The notes beneath the pieces were generated by a model. It had not been told where the DNA came from, made no database searches, and saw only the letters and a list, made by a program, of their open reading frames with translations. 64,000 bases of DNA, taken from positions 4,650,001 to 4,714,000 of the forward strand of contig NC_058378.1 of assembly GCF_018350175.1 (NCBI RefSeq). The letters are read 5' to 3'. The position numbers were made by a program, and so were the translations under genes. Positions 12,022 through 22,389 of this stretch are shown here, one piece after another. The stretch is from Felis catus. Its lineage: Eukaryota. Each line of letters starts with the position of its first letter. Positions within the stretch are counted from its first letter, which is position 1.

Positions 12022-13167
12022 AGATGCCCCTTGCCAAATACGGCGGGCGCACAGTCCAGTTGAAAGTTCCTGCACAACATAATGACGCTTCCCTTCCTGC
12101 TTCTGCGCCAGCACGTTAGAAGCAACGTTTTGGGGTGAAGACAGCACGCACCCCGGGAGCAGCAGGGCCAGGGCACCATCTTCCAGCCCTTAGGAACCAA
12201 CAACAGCATCTCCAGAGGCAACATGGCCAGGTCTCCACCCGGGACACGGAAGTTGGAAGACTCATCACTTTGGGAAGTCCAGAGCTCTGCCTCCCAAACT
12301 GGCACTTCTGGCCCACGCCGTCCTGCCGGGTCACAGGGAGTTCACGAGCGGGAGTCATCTCTCCCCGACGCAGTGCTGCTCAGGAACACCGCTGACATTC
12401 CCCCTCTGCTGGGGTGCCAGGCAAACGGGGCTGGGACGCCGACCCAAGGCAAACTCCGTCACAGAGGAAGACGGGCGCTGTTAACCCTTCACACGACACA
12501 GTGCCCCGGTGGCACCCTTCGCTCACGGCGGAACCTTCCCCTGTGTCCACATGCGTTATCAGGAACGCGAGGCCCAGCGCGGTGCCATAAACTGGGAGGT
12601 ACCTCACTGCCTTTGGCTCCCAGAGCGCCAGCTCACCCCCTGCTCCGGCTGGCCCCAGGCAGGGCTTGCCACACATTCTCTCCCAGCACCGGCAGTCCTC
12701 TCTCCATAAGGGCGGCAACGGAATAGGCCCACACGAGCTCAGCCTGTGGCCTGGGCCCCGGACGGAGGACCCCCCACCACGCTCCCCGAGGTTCCCTCTT
12801 GCCGAGGTCACCCACATCTCCGGTCAGCGGGGCTGGTGAGCCACGATGCTTCCCTGCTCCACCCTCAGCAGTGAGGCCCCAGCCGAGGCCTGAGGTGCAG
12901 CCCAAACCCAGGACTGGGAAGGGGCAGGGACACTAGGGAGAGCCCATGATCCAGACAGGGCCTGAGGGCCTCACTGTCTCAGACCTGCTGCTGAGGAGGG
13001 TGGCAGGTGAGGAGGCACAGCCTGAGCCCACCTCCCTTTTAATGAGCAGCTAGTATATTGCAGCCCCAGCTGCTGACCGGCCCAGCCGGCACGACACCAG
13101 AATGTGCCCAGCCCTACTAGACCCCAAACACGGCCTTCGCCTCTCAGTCATCACAGACTGCCTATGC

Positions 13168-13384
13168 TTTTTTGTTTGTTTGTGTATTTATTTATTTTGA
13201 AGAAGAGAGACAGAGTGTGTGCAGGGGAGGGACGGAAGGAAACAGGGAGACCCAGAATCTGAAGCAGGCTCCAGGCTCGGAGCTGTCAGCCCAAAGCCTG
13301 ACGCAGGGCCCGAACCCACCAGCCATGAGATCATGACCTGAATTAAGTTGGGATGCTTAGCCAACTAAGTCACTCAGGCGCCCC
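13168..13384 (-). mobile_element. Can-SINE
   Basis: Reverse-complement body and head; cagactg on both flanks. Confidence 0.9.
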
Positions 13385-13653
13385 CAGACTGGCCATTCCT
13401 TAACTCAGCTATAAATTATTAAGACCACCAAGGGGTTTTCAGCTCTTTCTTATAATGCTAGTAAATAGATAACCACCAAGGGATTTTCATCTTTCTTGTA
13501 ATGCTGGTAAATAGAAACATTAACAGAGGGAATGTTCCCTTGTTTTCCACATGTGTCTTTGAGCAAAAAAGCTCACACATAACACTGCATTGTCTAGGGA
13601 ATAGTGGACTGACTCATCACATAAAATAATACTTCTATGTTCTAAAGAGCGTA

Positions 13654-13890
13654 GGGGTGCCTGGGGGGCTCAGTTGGTTGGGCGGCCGACTTCGGCTCAG
13701 GTCATGATCTCACGGTCTGTGAGTTCAAACCCTACATCCGGCTCTGTGCTGACAGCTCAGAGCCTGGAGCCTGCTTCGGATTCTGTGACTCCCTCCCTCT
13801 CTGCACCTCCCCCATTCACACTCTGTCTCTCTGTCTCTCTGTCTCTCTCTCTCAAAAATAAATAAACATTAAAAAGTTAAAAAATAAATA
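13654..13890 (+). mobile_element. Can-SINE
   Basis: Full head, (CT)n and A tail. Absent from duplicate copy B, so it inserted after the duplication. Confidence 0.95.
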
Positions 13891-14279
13891 AAGAGTGCAA
13901 CACAGAGGGGATGTTAGACGATTTCTATTTTCTAAATCTACCATGAAAACGATTCTGTGATCACGATGAAAAATGAGAAAGTAAAACCACTTGCTGAAAA
14001 GAGTTTTCTATCCAGTTAAATAGGTAGGATAAAGAAAATAGTTTAAGAAAAATTAAGAAGCCAAGGGAGTTAAAGATTTCAGGGTGTTTCCAGATTTTGA
14101 CCGCCAGGGTAGCCTGGGATGACTGAGTCTAGGCGATAGAGCACTCCACTTGCTGGAGGCAGGTGTCCTGTGGAAATTAGGACAACGAACTGATCTTGAT
14201 GGGGAACCACTTGGGGCTGCACAGCACGGGCTTCCTGGGGGGGGGGGGTGCAGGATGGAGACTTCCTCTTGCAGTTACT

Positions 14280-15785
14280 CCCTAGTTAGACCCATGGAAA
14301 CCTCCGGCTGGGGTAAAGAAGATGGGGAGGAGGAGAAACAGGAGGATATGTGACAGTCAGCAGAGCAGGGGCCCTGCATCACAAAGGACACACCTCCCGA
14401 TGCACAGCCGTTAGGGATGCAACTCCCTCTGCCAAATGCTCCGCTGGGACCAACAGGTACACTAGGCCGGAGCTGAACTGCTCTTTCCATCAGTCTCTGT
14501 CTCAGATCTGTGACCCTCTGTCTGGAGACGATATTTCACTCAGCCTCTTATCCTGCCTGGACTTTTGGTTCCAGGGACAGAAGCTGTCTCTGCAAAGGAT
14601 AAATGTTTCTTTCCATCTTGCCTTTGAGATCCTGAAATCCCTGTCTGTAGATTTCACAGCTCAAGGGGTCCTTTGCTTCAGGACATCTCATCTCCTGTTG
14701 CAAGTCACGGTCCACCTTGCCAGGAAACCATCCTGCCAAGCTCCCTTTCTTTCTCTCGAAAAACTCAGTCACTTCATTTCCCTTTGTCACGAGACGCCAA
14801 ACTGCCCTTCTGATCGAGGCTTCCGTGGTCTGGACATTGTACAATACCCGGTCACATGGGCTCTGCTCTTAGTGCTGATGGTGTAGAACTGATGTTGCTC
14901 TAGACCATTATTTGACATTGCAGCGTCCTTCCTCTCCTCCACCGTCTTTTGCCTGGTCATCCACATGCTGTCCCTCCTCTGGCTCCACATTATCACTTGC
15001 GTCCTCTTCTCTCAGAAACCTGCTAATTCTTGGTTCTTGAGCCAGTGGTCCTGCAGAAACAACACCTGACTCTTCGCATGGCCAGAGACATCGGCATGGA
15101 GATGAAGAATCCTTTCAGTTGCCCACAGTACTTCTAAATGTGTTCTAGCTTCTTCTGTTTGTGTTTTAATGGATTGCTGGTTCCTGCAACATCAGGATCT
15201 TAACTGCGGTATCATACAGGTTCTTTTTCATCTGAACATCTGAGGATTTTCTTTCCCCAGTGTTTTACTATCATGTACATGATGTCTCTAATTATAGGCT
15301 TGTAACAGTCCGGGTCATCTGGCATTTTGGAGTTTATGTCATTTCCATTACAGAATAAGACACGTCGAGGATGTCTTATTCCATTTTGCTATGTCCAGCA
15401 CTGGATTGCTACTGGTATGTTCCTTACCTCCCTATTAAAAAAAAAAAAAAAAAAGCTTTTCTTTGACTGAAAATTCTGTATAAAACCAAGATAATCTTGA
15501 CCAGCTGAACAATCACACCACACTCTGTTATCTCCCACCAATATCCAGGGACAGCCTTGGTCTTTCATCATGATGTGCTTTTGCCATAAAACTCTCCGCT
15601 ATTTCCTGGGTTGTTCAACCCTACAGATCCCCGCTCGATGGGATTCCTGCCTAGTGGTTCAGTCTGCAGGAGGGACCCCTGCAGCTATCATGGCTGACTG
15701 GACCACAACACATCATGGCCATCACTCAATGGAGCTACTCGCTGAACCCAACCTGCACCAGAGAACCAAGGCTGACCGTGCCTGT
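14280..15785 (-). pseudogene. Processed pseudogene of cTAGE5/MIA2 (copy A)
   Basis: Intronless, with many stops and frameshifts. Fragments EIYRQGFQDLKGKMERNIYPLQRQLLSLE, LQDHWLKNQELA and GPSGAFGRG match remembered cTAGE5 ETYRKRAKDLEEELERTIHSYQGQIISHE, LTERLLKMKDWA and VPNTAFGRE. ATG at 15691-15689 in gccATG context. 5' UTR-like ggtgcaggttgggttc is present. Confidence 0.8.
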
Positions 15786-16297
15786 GGAGGGCTGGGTGGG
15801 CAGGAACAGAATAATAAATAATTCACACGCCCTCTCCTTTGCTCTTGGCTTTTTCTCCTCTACTTAAACTTTTTCTTCTAGGTTCCCCAATGCCCACCCC
15901 GTTCTCTGTGCATGCTGTTTCTTCTGCCTTTCCTCTTTCCTTGCCCACGGTGGGGGAGCTCAACCATATACAAAACCATGTCCTTCCTCACCCATGTTTC
16001 CTCAGCGACCATGGCAAGCCCGGCCAGGATGAGGTGCTCAGTGCTCTGTGCATGTTTATGGAAGGAATCAATGAATGAGCACCCAAATGAAGAAAGGAGA
16101 AGCAAAGCCACTACTGGTCATCCCTAAGGGGTATTACAAAATAATCTAAGTCGCTGGTTTCCTTAAGAATTTAAAACTCCTGGCAATGTAGAACAGTGGA
16201 GTACATGTGATTTAAAATGTTGAACAAATGTTTAAGATCATGTGGCTATGCAACATTTATCAAAATTTACTAGTTTGGACAACAAACTGATCCTCAA

Positions 16298-16524
16298 TTT
16301 ATTTAATTAAATTTTTAAAAATATTTATCTATTTTTGAGAGAGAGAGACACACACACACAGAGCATGAGTGGGGGAGAGAGAGAGGGAGACAGAGAATCC
16401 GAAGCAGGCTCCAGGCTCTGAGCTGTCAGCACAGAGCCAGATGTGTGGCTCGAACCTGCAAACTGTGAGATTGTGACCTGAGCTGAAGTTGGATGCTCAA
16501 CTGACCTAGCCACCCAGGCGCCCC
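16298..16524 (-). mobile_element. Can-SINE
   Basis: Full reverse-complement element; ctcaattt on both flanks. Confidence 0.95.
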
Positions 16525-16619
16525 TCTCAATTTTTTTAAAATAAAATATTTCAATGGAGCCAATTTCCTGTGGTTACATTTCAGTAGAATTAGAAAAAAG
16601 CAGGGAAAATTGAAGTATA

Positions 16620-16758
16620 AATCAGGAAGCCCTCACCCAACACTGAATCTGTGATCTTGGACTTTCAGCCTCCAGAACAATGAGACATAAGTTTCTGTCG
16701 TCCAGAAGCCCCCCCAGCCTATGGTATTTTGTTATAGCAGCCTGAATGGACCAAAACA
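16620..16758 (+). mobile_element. MaLR LTR (MLT1A-like) 3' fragment
   Basis: gatcttggactttcagcctccagaac...tatggtattttgttatagcagcctgaatggac. Confidence 0.8.
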
Positions 16759-17988
16759 TAGTACATAGTAAAACAATATCTTTTAGATTTCAGGAAGTTG
16801 GAAGACTTTAATTACAACTTCAAGGGCTGAAACAGAGTGGCCATCTCCCTCTTTCTCTCTCTTACACAGAGAAGGTAGAAATTGAAAATCAGAAAGAATG
16901 GAAAAACAAAGATATAGAAGAAAACAAATCTCTAGCTCCTAGAATCTGTGTGGGGAGGTGCAGGGATGAGCCACTGGGAACAGCCGTGGCTCTCAGTGCC
17001 ACCTGCCCTTCCGACCCCTGCACTCCCATCTCATCATGGAGGCAAGACTGAGAAAACACCCATCTAGGCTGGCCAGAGGGCTCCAGCCCAGATTGGAGCG
17101 TGGAGGTTGTGCAGGGCTGAAAAGCACAGCCTGGCATCACCACTCAGAGAAGTTTTCTGTCCAGGAGGACTGGGGACCACCCTTGTGGCTTTATTTGTGC
17201 TCCCTTCTACGAAACAATTAGTAAGATCAATTCTGAAAGAGAGAAGTGGCAGATAATGAGCTAGGTATCTATAGGAGGATTGTTGCAAAATCTGGGATGT
17301 GCCTGTACCTGCTAATGGGATGAATGAATGAATGAGTGAATGAATGATGTGGACACAGTTGTTGGATGAATCTATGTACTCGCAATGAACTCTGTGGACT
17401 CTGTAGATGCTTTAAGCCATGGTGGAAAAGCCACATGCTGCTGGCAGGTTTTGGGGAGACACAAGCAAACCCACTCTACTCAAGGAAGAGCTGTGCTCAC
17501 ACAAGCTGAGGGCCAGTTGTGGAAAAGAGTTCAGAGACAGGAGAGGCATTGTTCCCTTAACGTCTGACCTTGCCCTCCTGTGGCTCTCAGGACAGGTCAG
17601 GACGGGGCATGATGAGCTGACCTCACTGTCTATAGGGTAGACACCCCAACTGCTCTGTAGTGTCACCTGCAACCCTTGGTCATCATATGTCACAGAAGAT
17701 GTTAGGGTCATCCTACCATTTTCCAAAGTGGTGGTACCCCTTGCTTTCTCCCCAGCAGAGTAAGGCAGTTCTGGTTTCCAGTGTCTGGGCTAATTCCTGC
17801 TGTGCTCATTCTAATTGCAGCTTTTTGCCTGAGGTTGTGAGTATCATCTCACTGTGGTTCATGACTATTTCCCTGATAAGAAATGGTGCTAATTACTTTA
17901 TTGTCTTACTGAGCTTTTGTATTTTTTCCTTTGTAGGTCGTTTCAAGTCTTATGCCTACTTTTTTTTTTATTTCTTTGCAAGATATGT

Positions 17989-18184
17989 ATTTTTAATATT
18001 TATTTATTTGGAGACAGAGTGAGCAGGGGAGGGGCAGAGAGAGGGGAAAAGAGAGAATCCCAAGCAGGCTCTGTGCTCTCAGTGCAGTGCCTGACCCAGG
18101 TTTAAATCTCATAACCGTGAGATCACGACCTGAGCCAAAATCAAGAGTCGGATGCTCAACCAACTGGGCCACCCAGGTGCCCCT
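17989..18184 (-). mobile_element. Can-SINE
   Basis: Reverse-complement element ending ccaggtgcccc. Confidence 0.9.
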
Positions 18185-18255
18185 GCAATAAGTTTTATAT
18201 ATTTTAGGATAAGCCATTTCTCAGATGAATTTTATGAATATTTTCTTTTTTCTAA

Positions 18256-18470
18256 TTTTTTTAAAAATTTTAATTTATTTCTGAGAGACAGAGAGAGACA
18301 GAGTGGGTGCAGGGGAAGGGCAGACAGAGAGGGAGACACAGAATCTGAAGCAGGCTCTGGGCTCTGAGCTGTCAGCACAGAGCCCAAGGCGGGGCTCAAA
18401 CCCACTAACTGTGAGATCACGGCCTGAGCTGAAGTCAGATGCTCAACTGACTGAGCCCCAGAGGCGCCCC
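18256..18470 (-). mobile_element. Can-SINE
   Basis: Reverse-complement element; attttatg on both flanks. Confidence 0.9.
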
Positions 18471-20758
18471 ATTTTATGGATATTTTCTAACAATGTTTCT
18501 CTCATCTCATTTTCTCCAGTGGTGCCTTCTGTTGAGGAGAGTTTTCATTTTCAGTGAAAGGTAGTGCACCCATTTCTTTTTATCTTTGTTTTTGGTTTTA
18601 ATATCCTACCAAGACTTTTAGCCTACTCCAATTTCATGAGGATATGCTCCTGTTTTTTGTAGAAAGCTTATTGACGCAGCTTTTATATTCAGTCATAAAA
18701 TTGAGTTAATTTTACATGACTGTGTGGCAGAGGTCAGGATTGATTATATCTCTTCTGAGATACTGAGAAGTTTCAGCAATCTCTGTTGAAAAGACTTTGT
18801 CTTCTCCACTAAAGGTCTTTTTACATTGACTTGGAGAACCAATGTCCCATTTATAGAAACTGGGTAGATGTCTGGATTCTCTATTCCTTTTCACTGATGT
18901 ACTTCTATGTCCCGATGCCAATTCAGTATTATCTTGATTCCTGTATTTCTATACATGAAATCATGAATTTTACACATGAAATCATGTAGTATAGTCCTCC
19001 CCTAATGCATCCTATATGAATTATGGAGTAAGCTGGTAATTTCTCTGGGGTTATAAATAACATTGAGTTGAAACTAGAGACTACTGTGTTGAGAATTGAC
19101 ATTGAACCATATTGATTCTTCTGTGTTCTAAATTATTATTTGCTAAAATATAGAAGTATAAATCGATTGTTGTACATTGTCCTTGTACCCTCTGACCTTG
19201 CTAGATATAAGGATTAGTTCTAGTACTCTTAAAAAAGGATTCCTTAGAACTTCTCCATATCAACTCATACCTTTGGTGAATAGAAGTTTTTCTTCTTCCT
19301 TCCAACATTCTCACTCATTTTCTCTTTCCTTTACCATATTGCACATACTGGATCCCATACCCAACACTGAATAGAGGTGGGAAGAGCTGATTTCTTGGCC
19401 TTATTATCAATCACAGGCACAAAATTTTTCTATGTGTCACCAATAACATTAGCCTAAGTTTCTTAACAAACATATTTTATTACATGGAGGAAATTGTCCT
19501 CTATTCCTAATTTGCTGAGATTTTTAAAAAAAAATAATGAATGGATCATAAATTTTGTCACTGGTTTTTCAGAATCTATTGAAATGATTCTTTTCTCTCT
19601 CTCCCTGATTAAGTGAATATATTGATTTCAAAGTGTGACATGCAAATGTTAACTTGCATTGATGCTATTATAAATGCCACTTGGTCATGATATTCTGTAT
19701 TTGTCATATGCTGCTAAATCAATATATTTTCTTATGAATTTTTTTGACCATGATCATGAAGCACATTGGTCTATAATTCTGCTTTTTACACTGTCTTTGA
19801 CATTGGGTATCAGGAAATACTGGTGTCCCACAATTTATCACCAACTCTTCCCTTTTCCTCTGTGTTCTGAAAGACTTGGTGTAAGATTGTTTCTTCCTTC
19901 AGACTGATAGAATTCACCGGAAAGTCACCTGACCTTGAGGTTGACTTTATGGAGAAGATTTTCAATTGGATGTGTCATTTTGGAAACTGGAAAATTTTAA
20001 TATTTATTGAGTATTGGGATATTTTCTTGGCTGAACAACTGCACACTCAGAGACCTGGATCCTAGCACTTTCTTTCTACAGGTATCACCTCCAGGATCTG
20101 CCTCATTTGAATGACTCTGCAGTGCCTTCCATGAAGTGCTTTCTTAGGAATAATTTGTCCAGACTTAATCACTGTTATAGGCGGTTAGGTTAGACTGATC
20201 AATCACAGCCAGCAGGTATAACTCCCCAGAGCATCATGGAACAGAAGAGAAAGGATCCCTTCCATTCCAGCACCACTCTCATGCCCTAGTGAGGTGCAGG
20301 GGACAGGGCTCGACTTCTCCTTCATAAGGATTTAAATTCCACCCCCACTCCCCCCACCCCCACCTCTGGTCTTGGTTGGCAAACTTTGCAGACAGAGATG
20401 GTGAGGAGCCCAGTGGGGCCATCCTGGGAGGTATCCCACAAAACCTTGTGTCCTTCGTACTTGCCCTTGGTAATCCAGGGAGGTCCTCACACTTGTCCAA
20501 AAGAAACAGGGGCTCAGATCTCATCCTAGGAGAAAGAAGAACCCTCCTTTTTATGCATTTCTAGGATTTAGCCCACAGACAGACAGACAGACATGAAGGC
20601 TGAGTTTGAAAGAGCAGACCCATGAGAGAGGCCAGGGAGGCCTGGCTCGCCATGACCCCCATCATGTGCACAGCCTGTACGCATAGTGCCAAGAGCCTAT
20701 GTTTTTTGAATATATTGAAAAAAAAGGGAAAAGAGAAAAATTGAAGCACCTGGTGTAT

Positions 20759-20773
20759 GCTGCCCTCTGCTGG
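20759..20773 (-). promoter_or_regulatory. Candidate CTCF site
   Basis: Minus strand CCAGCAGAGGGCAGC matches the CTCF core consensus; motif evidence only. Confidence 0.4.
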
Positions 20774-21479
20774 TCATTTTCAGACAAAACCGTCATTGAT
20801 TTCGCACAACAGGGGAGACTTCTCAAAGTGAGGGAATTGTCTGGGAAGCCAGTCGCGTCTGGACAGTGGCTGAGACAGGGATGAAGCCCTACACGCTGAT
20901 TTCTCTGGTGGTGATGCTGAACCATTACCTTCTCCTGGCCCCTCCTTGAAGCTAAAGGGCAATGACATAGAACTTATCCCCAACAGGACATGTGGAGACC
21001 TGTCATCTACCCGTCCACAGGGCACGCAGCACAGCCTGGCTTCTAATAACCCTCATGACCCTTGTGACCACATCCCAGGCCTTAGGGTGACTGGCTAAGC
21101 TTTTACCGTCCCTCTCATTGGTCAGCTACATAAGGAGGTAGCCACAGAAGGCCCGTGACCTGCCCAGAGATGGGTCTCTCTGCCTTCGAGGAAGAAACAA
21201 CCAGATCAGAGCAGGTGATATAAACAAATATAGGAACCAGAACAAAGTATGACTACCTCAGGCATGGGGTTAGGAAGGAACCAGAACAATCTGCCTCCAG
21301 CTGGTGCTGTTCCTGAGAATCTGTGCTGAAAGGACACTCTCTAATGGTGGACTGTCAGGCAGAGACACAGTATCTGCAGTGTGTTGGCATAAGATCCAGT
21401 TGATGCTGGGCCCCCAAGTCTGGGACCCCCACAATCCCTGCCCCCACCAAAATCTTCTGTTTCACTAAGTTGATGGCTT

Positions 21480-21900
21480 GACAGGCACAGTGTGTAGCCC
21501 TCATGCTGCTTCTGTTTTCTGGGAATACCCTAGTGCTTTCCCATTCTTTTTTTGCCTGGTGCCTGGCTCAGAGGTGCATCCTTAGGGAAGTCAATATGGA
21601 CTACTGCCCACTTCTGGATATGTGCTGGTTTCCAGGGGACCCTTGACGCCTAGTGGAATCTTCAGGACCACTGGTAGCAAGTTCTAAGTGTTGGACCCAT
21701 GTAAGGTGGAGAACCTGAGACACAGTGACAGTCAGATGACCTGTAGGTTCTAGATCCCCATTACATACCTTGATCACACCGATATCAAGTATCTGAGGCA
21801 TGAATCCCTTGAGAACCAACAGACGCTTTGCTCAAAATGGTTGCGTCTCTGGACCGGGATCCAGATGAGCAAAGACTAGCCCGTTCTACACGGTGGGACT
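21480..21900 (+). mobile_element. Possible ancient ERVL-like pol (RT-connection/RNase H) relic
   Basis: Frameshifted CWTHV-KVENLRHSDSQMTCRF*IPI resembles remembered ERVL CYWALVETERLTMGHQVTMRPELPI; very degraded. Confidence 0.3.
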
Positions 21901-22389
21901 TGCCTTGTCTCAGACAAAAACTCTTTGCCTAAATACCTGAGGCTCCATCCTTGCACCCTTCATGACCTTCCCTACTTGCCAAACCTGGAGACATGTTTGA
22001 TCTTGTGTCAAACTAGCTGCTGGTCAGAGCTATTCCATACACCCTACTCCCCAGACACCCCAGTACTTGGCACAAGATGCTACCAGGGACACCAACACGT
22101 AAGCCTAAAGATCGCATTGTGAAGAGAGTGACATTGGGATACACCCATCATCTAGATGATTATTTTGAGGGCCACAGTGGCCCAGGTGTCCTAGAGATGT
22201 GGGGCAAAGGTGAGGAGTTATAGACTGACCCGCTCCCATCTTCACTGGATGTCTACACTAGCCTGGCCTCTTCCAGAGGCTCACACAGGCACAGAGCATA
22301 GATATGGGTCCAGTCCTACATACTCGCTACTTCATTGGCTTCCCTCTTCAGTCTACCCACATGTCAATCTTTAATTTGAGCATAATTTA

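Larger units (their letters stand above)
13430..18780. repeat. Ancient tandem duplication, copy A (paralogous to ~22390-27130)
   Basis: Collinear shared blocks. gaaagtaaaaccacttgctgaaaagag (~13977) matches gaaagtaaatccacttgcataaaaagag (~22652). Identical tgaactctgtggactctg at 17386 and 26137. Identical catggtggaaaagccacatgct at 17418 and 26185. The cTAGE retrocopy and an old L1 fragment are also shared. Confidence 0.85.
17620..19970 (-). mobile_element. Old L1 (L1M) ORF2 fragments interrupted by two SINEs
   Basis: T-rich antisense L1 motifs such as ctggattctctattc, gtatccttgattcctg-like and ctattcctaatttgctgagattttt. Confidence 0.7.

Noticed and set aside
11393-12905. Cluster of long ORFs (up to 216 aa) on both strands
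   Set aside because: Explained by GC-rich, stop-poor sequence and the (CA/CG)n tract. They overlap in several frames and show no protein-like composition or splice support.
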